Shown piece after piece: positions 39,361 through 47,199 of a stretch of DNA of 64,000 nt. Both the position numbers and the translations under genes were made by a program. Under the pieces are notes generated by a model. It was not told the DNA's origin. It made no database searches and saw only the letters and a list, made by a program, of their open reading frames with translations. Positions within the stretch are counted from its first letter, which is position 1. Each line of letters opens with the position of its first letter. The stretch spans positions 124,001 to 188,000 of IMG/VR virus record IMGVR_UViG_3300036715_000626. One strand, written 5' to 3'.

Positions 39361-40620
39361 CTAACTTTCAGCCTCAACCGAATCGTCAAGAGTAGCATTG
39401 TTACTATTATAGTACACAGTGTCTACAATATTACGAATAGCTTTAACCGCAGTAGAAGTTTGCTCCTGGGTCCAGTTCTTCCAAACATCTTGGTTAGCGT
39501 TACGTTCGGTGAATAGGTGCTTCCATACCTTAGGGTCGTTAAACCAACCGGTCATGATCATTTCTTTATAACGGAACTCAAGCATAGCTCGTTGGTAGAT
39601 CTCTTTAGGATAACCAATATACTTAAGAAACTGCATAATGGTGTGTTGTGAGTACTTGTGAATAAAGTCATACACAACGCCATCAATCGATGTTTTAGTT
39701 AGAACACTGTGAAAGATATCCTGAAGTTCATTAGGAATCATATGTGGATCTTGATAATTAACATTGTAAGTTCGTTTACGAAGATCTTCCGGCAACCAAT
39801 AATCGACATCTGAGATATCAACCATGCGCTCACTACGAGACTCTTTTGAAATAGCTGTGTGTGTAATCAAATGGTTAAACACGAACATAGGAATTTTGGC
39901 TTTAACCGCTTTGAAGTCTTTAAGTTCTTCAACAGTGTTATAAGGAATATCCTCATAATCGATACCGGCATTAAGACACGCGCGCATGTTAGTAAACAAT
40001 TTGAAAGAACTTTGATCGTGAGGGAGTTCGTTATATTCAACATAACCGAATTTAGATAAGTTATTTAAGAAGTCATCTCCCCACATAGTTACCCAGTTAC
40101 CACTTTTAGTTACTATAGAAAGTCTTAGAGGGTTGTCAGACATAATTTGACAATCCAACATTACTGGGCAAAATTCCAAAGGACGGCTAGGGCTTCCCTC
40201 TAATTTAGACTTCCAGTTAGGAAGTAACCCATTTACAGAATACTCTGTGTATCCACATTTTGAGCACTTAATTTCCATTCCGATAGATTTAGTCTCAAGA
40301 ACACCTGTAGCTACCTCTACCTTTTCGGTATCGTTATGCATTTCAACAGTACCACTTTTGCATTTAGGACACATAATAACGCCATTATCGCTAAGCGTGT
40401 TATACGTATCAATGGTATCTTGTGTCGGAGCAGCTTCTTTAAGAAGTGCTTGATAACGTTTAGGAGGGTTAGCACTCTCCGATTTACCTCTTGAAATCGC
40501 CGCAAGATCTGTTACGAACTTGATACGATTTTCTTCGTTAAGGTTAGCTTCACAAGCTTTGACTGTTGATACCTCATCTGTTGCGTATCCTAACGCATAT
40601 CCGTAAAAATGTTCTACCAT
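39361..40620 (-). CDS. thyX: Divergent FAD-dependent thymidylate synthase with Zn-ribbon insertion
   Basis: SRPLEFCPV, FTNMRA, KIPMFVFNHLITHTAISKESRSER (ThyX motif variant), EFRYKEM and W.HLFTER. Confidence 0.75.
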   Translation of the reverse strand: MVEHFYGYALGYATDEVSTVKACEANLNEENRIKFVTDLAAISRGKSESANPPKRYQALLKEAAPTQDTIDTYNTLSDNGVIMCPKCKSGTVEMHNDTEKVEVATGVLETKSIGMEIKCSKCGYTEYSVNGLLPNWKSKLEGSPSRPLEFCPVMLDCQIMSDNPLRLSIVTKSGNWVTMWGDDFLNNLSKFGYVEYNELPHDQSSFKLFTNMRACLNAGIDYEDIPYNTVEELKDFKAVKAKIPMFVFNHLITHTAISKESRSERMVDISDVDYWLPEDLRKRTYNVNYQDPHMIPNELQDIFHSVLTKTSIDGVVYDFIHKYSQHTIMQFLKYIGYPKEIYQRAMLEFRYKEMIMTGWFNDPKVWKHLFTERNANQDVWKNWTQEQTSTAVKAIRNIVDTVYYNSNNATLDDSVEAES

Positions 40621-40961
40621 TGTATTTCCTTATTACATATTTTTTGTAGAGTTTCTAAATATATTTTAAAATCCAATTTCATATCTATAATAGAAACAAA
40701 CTCTAATATAGGTTTATAGTATGAATTGTATTCTTTATTAGATAAAGAACTAAACTTATCTTTAGTTAATTCCATTATTAACAACTCTGTTAACGCACGC
40801 GGACCTTCGCCTGAATAACCCCAACTTATTCCGCTATTAACAGCTTCCATAGGGTCAATTTCTTTTAAAATAGCTATTCCGCCAATAGCACCTTCAGCAC
40901 AATATTGTAAAACATTTGCATAAGGTTCTTTTTCTACAACTCTGTAAAAGTATTTAAGCAT
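40614..40961 (-). CDS. DUF6166-like protein
   Basis: SWGYSGEGPRALTELL resembles the family's WGY.G.GP..LA..LL signature. Confidence 0.55.
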   Translation of the reverse strand: MLKYFYRVVEKEPYANVLQYCAEGAIGGIAILKEIDPMEAVNSGISWGYSGEGPRALTELLIMELTKDKFSSLSNKEYNSYYKPILEFVSIIDMKLDFKIYLETLQKICNKEIQW

Positions 40962-40986
40962 TTTAGCTCCTTCGTTAGTTACTTAA

Positions 40987-40994
40987 ATAATATA
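40987..40994 (-). promoter_or_regulatory. Putative early promoter TATATTAT
   Basis: About 26 nt upstream of ATG 40961 (thyX operon). Confidence 0.55.
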
Positions 40995-41043
40995 TGGTTA
41001 AACTATATTGATTATGGAAAACTCAACACCGAGTCTTTACCGC

Positions 41044-41466
41044 TTATCTATAACTGGATAATGTTTCTAGTATCTTTAAAGCTTCGATACTATCTTTAAA
41101 GATTACTAATTCCCACATCCGTCTTTCCGTAATTAAACATTCGTCTAGATGAGAAGTTACAGTACCAGAACCCTTATCAGTATGATAGTTATATATAGGA
41201 AAATAACTACCTATAGTAACATTAGACCTACTGAAGGTGTCAAACTTTTGAATAATCGGTTCGTTAGCAACTCTTTTCTTATCTTTACGACATAACACAC
41301 TGGCTAAGTTAGTAACCACTTCTTCTAAGGGATACTTTATTATGTTTATCTCATGTGGAACTTCACCAAGATATACACCTATCTTAACTTTACCATTTTT
41401 TGTATATACCCAAATACCATCTATATTAAATGTTGAATGTGTGACGCAGTCGTTAATTTCTAACAT
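41044..41466 (-). CDS. Hypothetical protein
   Basis: 140-aa ORF with AAAGGA SD. Confidence 0.65.
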   Translation of the reverse strand: MLEINDCVTHSTFNIDGIWVYTKNGKVKIGVYLGEVPHEINIIKYPLEEVVTNLASVLCRKDKKRVANEPIIQKFDTFSRSNVTIGSYFPIYNYHTDKGSGTVTSHLDECLITERRMWELVIFKDSIEALKILETLSSYR

Positions 41467-41607
41467 AATAATTCCTTTAGTTAGTTGTCAGTTATAAATT
41501 CTAATTGAAATTTTTATCTGTCCGATTACTGTATATAATAGCTATGTTTTAAATAGTAATTTTAACTACCTATTATTATGAATATCACAATATAAAAAAG
41601 GTTAATT

Positions 41608-43920
41608 ATGGACACTAAACAGCTGTTATCTGACTCGAAATACTTTGAGTCATACGCTAGATATTTGGACGACAAAGGTCGTTATGAAACATGGGATGAA
41701 GCTGTAGAGCGTGTAATGGGGATGCATAAGACATACTATGCTGACAAACTGACTCCTGAACTTATTGGACTACTGGATGAAGTAGAAGAAGCGTATAAAG
41801 ATAAACTGTTTTTAGGCTCACAAAGAGCTCTACAATTCGGCGGAGAACAACTTCTAAAAAATCACTCTAAACTTTATAACTGTACCGCCTCTTATTGCGA
41901 TCGTGTTGAAGTATTCGGCGAAATTTTCCATCTCATGCTTTCTGGTTGTGGAGTAGGGTTTAGTGTGCAACAGCAACACATATCTAAACTTCCAAACTTA
42001 CTACCGCGTGGTGAAAAGACTGTTACTTATATAGTAGAAGATTCTATTGAAGGTTGGGCTTCTAGTGTTGATGTACTATTAAGTTCATTTTTCGACAATG
42101 GTGGTAAACACCCTGAGTATCACGGGTATCAAATTCATTTTGATTTAAGCAATATACGACCTAAAGGTTCCTTTATTTCAGGTGGATTTAAAGCTCCTGG
42201 TCCAGATGGTTTACGTATGGCTCTCGCTAAAATTGAATTGTTGCTAATTAAACTATTAGAAACAAGTAACGTTATTAATAGTATAACCGTTTATGATATT
42301 ATTATGCACATAGCAGATGCCGTTATTTCGGGTGGTGTTCGTAGAGCAGCAACTATTTGTCTGTTCTCTAAAGAAGATACCGATATGATAACTGCTAAAA
42401 CTGGCGATTGGTATACCACTAATCCTCAAAGAGGAAGATCTAATAATTCATGTTTGTTATTACGTAACGATACAACTAGAGAAGAATTTGAAACTATCAT
42501 GGCAAGTGTTAAAGAATACGGTGAACCCGGATTTATTTGGACTGATAGCTTAGAGCTGCTTTTTAACCCATGCGTTGAAATTGGTTTATACGCTAAAACT
42601 GCTAGCGGTGTTTCTGGTTTTTCTATGTGTAACTTAACAGAGATTAATGGCGGTAAAAGTGACAATGCTGATACGTTTTACTTACAATGTAAAGTAGCCT
42701 CTATTATGGGAACTTTACAAGCTGGATACACAGACTTCAAGTTTTTATCACCGGCTACTAAAGAAATTGTTGATCGCGAAGCACTTCTTGGTGTATCTAT
42801 CACTGGGTGGATGAACAATCCTACAGTATTGTTCGATCCGGATATTTTAAAAACTGGAGCTGAAATTGCTAAACAGTGGAACAAGATTACTGCTAAACTT
42901 ATCGGCATTAATGCAGCTGCCCGGGTGACTACAGTTAAACCTAGTGGTAATGCGTCAGTGTTGCTAGGAACAGCTTCTGGTATACACGGAGAACATTCTA
43001 AACGGTATTTACGGCATGTACAATTTAATAAAGAAACAGAGATTGCTAAAGCATTTCTTAAACATAATCCTAAAATGTGTGAGCAAAGTGTATGGGGAAC
43101 TACTGATATTGTTGTAGCGTTCCCTATTACTCCTAAAGAAGGGTCTATTTATAAGAAAGATCTATTAGGGGTTAAGCAACTTGAATATGTTGTTAAAGCA
43201 CAGCGAGATTGGGTTAATAACGGACGTAATGATGATCTTTGTGTTATGCCATTTCTTAAACATAATGTTAGTAATACTATCACCGTAGATGATTGGGACA
43301 ATGTATCTGATTTTATTTATGATAACCGTAACTTCTTAGGCGGTGTGTCATTGTTAGCTGCTGGTGGTGATAAGTCGTATCCACAAGCTCCATTTACAGA
43401 AGTATTTACTTATGACGAGATCGTTTCTAAATACGGTGAAAATACTTTATTCACATCAGCACTTATTGAAGCTGGATTAACAGCATTTAATAATGATTTA
43501 TGGGCAGCTATCAATACAGCACTTGGTTATGGCGAGCAGCTTAAAGATAGTCGTCTTGACGAACTTCGTACTAAATTGAACTCAGTTATTGGTAATGAAG
43601 TATTGCTCGAAGAAGGTGAAAAAAATAGTCTTTATGAATCTATTAATAACGCTATTCAATATAGCGGGGTTCTCGGTGAAAGTAGTATTGATTTACTTAA
43701 GCGCGACTTTGTACGTCGTTTCAATAAGTTTGCTAAACGGTTTGAATCCGCACATGTATGTGCTGACTGTCTTAAGGATGTATATAATCTGCATAAGTGG
43801 TCTAATATACAACTTAACTTCACAGATGTAGATTGGTTAGTGCATTTAACAGAAAAAAAATACGTTGACGTTAATACCTTAGCGGCACAAGCATGTTCTG
43901 GCGGTAAATGCGAGATTTAA
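41608..43920 (+). CDS. nrdJ: Ribonucleotide reductase large subunit, monomeric class II (RTPR)-like
   Basis: LYNC, GCGVGFS, SGGVRR, NPCVEI, CNLTEIN, TTVKPSG and C-terminal ACSGGKCEI; no nrdB nearby. RNR identity is secure, class less so. Confidence 0.8.
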   Translation: MDTKQLLSDSKYFESYARYLDDKGRYETWDEAVERVMGMHKTYYADKLTPELIGLLDEVEEAYKDKLFLGSQRALQFGGEQLLKNHSKLYNCTASYCDRVEVFGEIFHLMLSGCGVGFSVQQQHISKLPNLLPRGEKTVTYIVEDSIEGWASSVDVLLSSFFDNGGKHPEYHGYQIHFDLSNIRPKGSFISGGFKAPGPDGLRMALAKIELLLIKLLETSNVINSITVYDIIMHIADAVISGGVRRAATICLFSKEDTDMITAKTGDWYTTNPQRGRSNNSCLLLRNDTTREEFETIMASVKEYGEPGFIWTDSLELLFNPCVEIGLYAKTASGVSGFSMCNLTEINGGKSDNADTFYLQCKVASIMGTLQAGYTDFKFLSPATKEIVDREALLGVSITGWMNNPTVLFDPDILKTGAEIAKQWNKITAKLIGINAAARVTTVKPSGNASVLLGTASGIHGEHSKRYLRHVQFNKETEIAKAFLKHNPKMCEQSVWGTTDIVVAFPITPKEGSIYKKDLLGVKQLEYVVKAQRDWVNNGRNDDLCVMPFLKHNVSNTITVDDWDNVSDFIYDNRNFLGGVSLLAAGGDKSYPQAPFTEVFTYDEIVSKYGENTLFTSALIEAGLTAFNNDLWAAINTALGYGEQLKDSRLDELRTKLNSVIGNEVLLEEGEKNSLYESINNAIQYSGVLGESSIDLLKRDFVRRFNKFAKRFESAHVCADCLKDVYNLHKWSNIQLNFTDVDWLVHLTEKKYVDVNTLAAQACSGGKCEI

Positions 43921-43929
43921 AAAAATATT

Positions 43930-43959
43930 GTACATAGCTAACAACTGTTAGCTATGTAC
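43930..43959. terminator. Palindrome (14-bp arms, 2-nt spacer)
   Basis: GTACATAGCTAACA-AC-TGTTAGCTATGTAC between convergent genes. Confidence 0.75.
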
Positions 43960-44485
43960 TTTCTTTGGTTAATTGTTTATTTAAAAAAGCCTGAGCTTCT
44001 TTAAATTTGTCGACAGTATGTTTATTTTCTTCAAGCATACGAACCGCCGCTATTATTTTTGCTTTAACACTATCCGGTTTATCAATAGCGTTATATTTTT
44101 TCAGAATAGCATGTTCTTTAGTTATAGAACTTATCATAGCTTTTTTATCTTTTAATACCGAATATACTCGACTTTTATTAATAAGAAGCTCGCTTTTAGT
44201 ATACTCTAAAAGCTTTACATATTTAAAAGCATTCTTAATTTTCTTAAGTGCGGAATCATGAGAAGCTTCATAAGATAAATATGCTTTATGAAGTTTCTCC
44301 AACTCTTCTATAGTAAAATTCGACATAGATGCTTTTTGGGTTATCCCGATCATAGGACACATATCATACACATTATACATAACATTTGAGTTAAGGTTGC
44401 CGTTAGTTGCTAAATTAATAACTTCTAATTCTTCCTTATTCATAATAACATCAGTATACTTATTCTTCGGCTTTAACTCAGTCAT
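43952..44485 (-). CDS. Hypothetical helical protein
   Basis: 177 aa; AAGGAG SD; TATATTAT upstream. Confidence 0.7.
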   Translation of the reverse strand: MTELKPKNKYTDVIMNKEELEVINLATNGNLNSNVMYNVYDMCPMIGITQKASMSNFTIEELEKLHKAYLSYEASHDSALKKIKNAFKYVKLLEYTKSELLINKSRVYSVLKDKKAMISSITKEHAILKKYNAIDKPDSVKAKIIAAVRMLEENKHTVDKFKEAQAFLNKQLTKEST

Positions 44486-44517
44486 ATTGACTCCTTGGTC
44501 TTTTAGATTCTACTATT

Positions 44518-44525
44518 ATAATATA
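44518..44525 (-). promoter_or_regulatory. Putative early promoter TATATTAT
   Basis: About 33 nt upstream of ATG 44485. Confidence 0.55.
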
Positions 44526-44613
44526 TGGTTAATTGATACTAGGAATATAAAAAATGATTCTGAATATGAAGATCTATTATTAACATTAAACAGCTTATAG
44601 ATATTAAAAAAGG

Positions 44614-45108
44614 ATGAATATGACATACCAAGAATGGGTAACAGATCACAATGAAAAGGTGTCTAAAATATTAAATAAATTATCTTTACAAGGAATATCT
44701 ACTATTGAAGAAATAGTAGATTACTTTGATTTTGATAGTATGGCTAAAAATGAACCTGAGTTTTGTCCACTTTATAAGGATAATATCAAATGCCACAGTA
44801 TAGAAAAACTTAATTGTTATCACTGTGCGTGTCCTCACTTTGTTATTAACAAGAATCCTGCTACTAAAGGTAAGACTACCATAGCCAGTGTATGTAGTAT
44901 TGATTCTCGCTTTAAAGATGAGTTCTACGAAAATCCAGATGAGAATAATGTAGTTAAAATACATTGTGATTGTACTAACTGCTACTTACCGCATAAGCAG
45001 TCTTATGTTTTAAAATCATTACATAACCAACAAAAAGACTATATTAAATTAAAAGAGTGTGATTCATTATTAGATTACTTACGTGTAAATCAAATGAAGA
45101 AAAAATAA
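44614..45108 (+). CDS. Cysteine-rich small-domain (zf-like) protein
   Basis: FCPLY...CH....LNCYHCACPHF...CS...HCDCTNCYLPH pattern. Confidence 0.75.
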   Translation: MNMTYQEWVTDHNEKVSKILNKLSLQGISTIEEIVDYFDFDSMAKNEPEFCPLYKDNIKCHSIEKLNCYHCACPHFVINKNPATKGKTTIASVCSIDSRFKDEFYENPDENNVVKIHCDCTNCYLPHKQSYVLKSLHNQQKDYIKLKECDSLLDYLRVNQMKKK

Positions 45109-45139
45109 GACTACATACCGCATCTGCGGTATGTAGTCT
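45108..45139. terminator. Palindrome (15-bp arms, 2-nt spacer)
   Basis: AGACTACATACCGCA-TC-TGCGGTATGTAGTCT between convergent genes. Confidence 0.75.
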
Positions 45140-45767
45140 AGTATTTAAACACGTAACCTGATGCATTTGACAAACTATCAATATCCGTAACGTTAATGTC
45201 TTGAGTACCGTCATTATTAATGATGTATACTTTAAGATAGTCACCGCTCTTAATAATTTTAAAAACATATTTAGGTATATCAGAAGTTTTTAAACTACCA
45301 TTAGAACCAAAAGTACCAGACACCACAGTTGTCTTACCGAGGTCTAATGTTAAAGCACGTTCTTTTTCTTCTAATGATTTCCAGTTACCACGGTTATTAG
45401 AATAGTATTGTGGTATCATGTTCGCCATAGAAAAACTCTCATATTGCGAGCTAGTAGTCGGCATATTCCCACACGGAGCTAAATGACCCTTATCGTACTC
45501 ACTATTTACGAAGTTATGTAATATATGTGTGTTAAGTTTAGGGTCCTCGTGAAATGCGTCCACTCTTGGTACATTATCTGCTTTACGTAAGTTAGCTGCT
45601 GTTAAGTCCTCAACGCTATAAACTGATCTATTTAGATCATTCGAGTAACAAGTTGTAAAATGTGTATATTTAACGCATTTAACTGTGTAAGGTGAAGTTA
45701 TTGAGATAAACTCGCTAGCCAACATGTTACTATATATCAATAGTAAAAGAAAAAAGATCTTAATCAT
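45138..45767 (-). CDS. Secreted DNA/RNA non-specific endonuclease (NucA/EndA-like)
   Basis: Signal peptide MIKIFFLLLLIYSNMLAS; YDKGHLAP, SFSMANMIPQ...NRGNWKSLEE and IPKYVFK. Confidence 0.9.
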   Translation of the reverse strand: MIKIFFLLLLIYSNMLASEFISITSPYTVKCVKYTHFTTCYSNDLNRSVYSVEDLTAANLRKADNVPRVDAFHEDPKLNTHILHNFVNSEYDKGHLAPCGNMPTTSSQYESFSMANMIPQYYSNNRGNWKSLEEKERALTLDLGKTTVVSGTFGSNGSLKTSDIPKYVFKIIKSGDYLKVYIINNDGTQDINVTDIDSLSNASGYVFKY

Positions 45768-45805
45768 CGGTACTCCTTAGTATTCAAGTAATAAAAAAAG
45801 ATTCT

Positions 45806-45833
45806 CTGTATATAGGGATATCCCTATATACAG
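45806..45833. terminator. Perfect 28-bp palindrome
   Basis: CTGTATATAGGGATATCCCTATATACAG. Confidence 0.7.
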
Positions 45834-45965
45834 TATATGATTTACTCCACCTTTAGATTAGGCTCGGTTATTTTAACAATGTAACGAGTAGGGTCATTCA
45901 TCCCATCACTATCAATAACCCAATGAGCTAATCTTACAACATCAATCGGTTTCATTCGCGATGGG

Positions 45966-46217
45966 TTATGATAATGTAGTGATACGGATATTACTGTCCG
46001 TATTGACTTCGATAATTGTCAAAGTCCAAACAGCTGTATTAAACTCTGGAAAGACACTACAAAATTTTTCTTTTTTAGCAACAGCCCAGTTATCAATACG
46101 ATCAGTCATGACTTCGATTGAATCGAAGTCACAGCTATTAAACTCATTCGCAGAAGTTACGAAACTAGTATCTGTAAGTTTTCTAGTAAGTACTCCTATA
46201 AAAACAATATTTGCCGA
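45966..46217 (-). CDS. Hypothetical protein
   Basis: The likely start is MSANIVF behind AAGGAG (ORF track begins at 46226). Confidence 0.6.
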   Translation of the reverse strand, partial: SANIVFIGVLTRKLTDTSFVTSANEFNSCDFDSIEVMTDRIDNWAVAKKEKFCSVFPEFNTAVWTLTIIEVNTDSNIRITTLS

Positions 46218-46219
46218 CA

Positions 46220-47128
46220 TCACCACTCCTTATTTTGTTGTATTTTAATATAGCCATTCTCTAGCTCATCTTCACTATATAATTCCTTCACGCACACTAT
46301 GCCTTTCACAGCATCAGTTATAACCATTTCGGAATATAACCTATGGCACATGTCTATCTCACTTTGCTTTAATGCATCACCTTTTTCAAGTTTATTAATA
46401 GCTTGTAAGTAAGCACCAAACGCACACAACTTTGCTTTATGGTTAACCACTAGCTTGAATATTACCGTATTAGACTCTAGAACACACGCTTTAGACATGT
46501 ATAGTGTATCTATAGGTATGTGCTTAAGCATAATATAAGAGCGTGAGTTATGTATAAACAAATTACGAATATGTCCTAACATTCTTAACAAATTGTATTG
46601 TTGTTTAGTTACCAATTTATTTTCATAGCACAAATCTAACGCTTCGCTATAAGAATAAATAATATCTGTGCTTAATAACAATATATTAAGTAACGCCTCA
46701 GCTGTGTCAAACATAGCTCTAAGACTCAATTCGAATCTATCGCTAAAGATTTTACAATTACCCCAGAGTAATTCCACCTTTTTAAAATTGGATGGTTTCT
46801 TACTCCCGCCGTCTTTAATTTTGATATCTTCGATTTCTTCTTTAAGCTTAATTATCGTTGTCAAGTTTTTAGAAACCATTGGTGTACCAGACTTTATAGA
46901 TTCTAAATTGTCTTCACCAGCATATGCTATGCCGTTTATTAACTCTAAAGCCACATCAGTCATTGTTACCCGTCTCATTTTTTTACTGTACATTAGTAAC
47001 TCTTTCGATTTACTATACACATCAGAACTCTCAGAACTTAAAAAGTTTCTTAAATCTGATAACTTCTTTTCTTTACCTAACCGCTCTTGTTTATCTTTAA
47101 CGGTTTCTACAACTCGAATACTTTTCAT
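46220..47128 (-). CDS. Protein with a central HEPN (HepT/DUF86-like) domain
   Basis: SYSEALDLCYENKLV...LLRMLGHIRNLFIH contains an R-x4-H motif (R188-H193) in HepT-like context. Confidence 0.6.
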   Translation of the reverse strand: MKSIRVVETVKDKQERLGKEKKLSDLRNFLSSESSDVYSKSKELLMYSKKMRRVTMTDVALELINGIAYAGEDNLESIKSGTPMVSKNLTTIIKLKEEIEDIKIKDGGSKKPSNFKKVELLWGNCKIFSDRFELSLRAMFDTAEALLNILLLSTDIIYSYSEALDLCYENKLVTKQQYNLLRMLGHIRNLFIHNSRSYIMLKHIPIDTLYMSKACVLESNTVIFKLVVNHKAKLCAFGAYLQAINKLEKGDALKQSEIDMCHRLYSEMVITDAVKGIVCVKELYSEDELENGYIKIQQNKEW

Positions 47129-47158
47129 TTAGACTCCTCAATCTTTATGTATAAAGCT

Positions 47159-47166
47159 ATAATATA
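47159..47166 (-). promoter_or_regulatory. Putative early promoter TATATTAT
   Basis: About 31 nt upstream of the HEPN-like gene, 4 nt from the topA hairpin. Confidence 0.55.
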
Positions 47167-47170
47167 ATGT

Positions 47171-47199
47171 GTAAGTAGGAAGCAATGCTTCCTACTTAC
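47171..47199. terminator. Palindrome (14-bp arms, 1-nt spacer) overlapping the topA stop
   Basis: GTAAGTAGGAAGCA-A-TGCTTCCTACTTAC. Confidence 0.7.

Noticed and set aside
15389-43920. Inteins or introns in nvRNAP, DnaB, ThyX or RNR
   Set aside because: The ORFs are continuous and of expected size; the ThyX insert is only ~78 aa with no intein C/S...HN termini or homing endonuclease.
45842-45955. 37-aa minus-strand ORF MKPIDVV... downstream of the 45966 gene
   Set aside because: No clear SD and too short to support without expression data.
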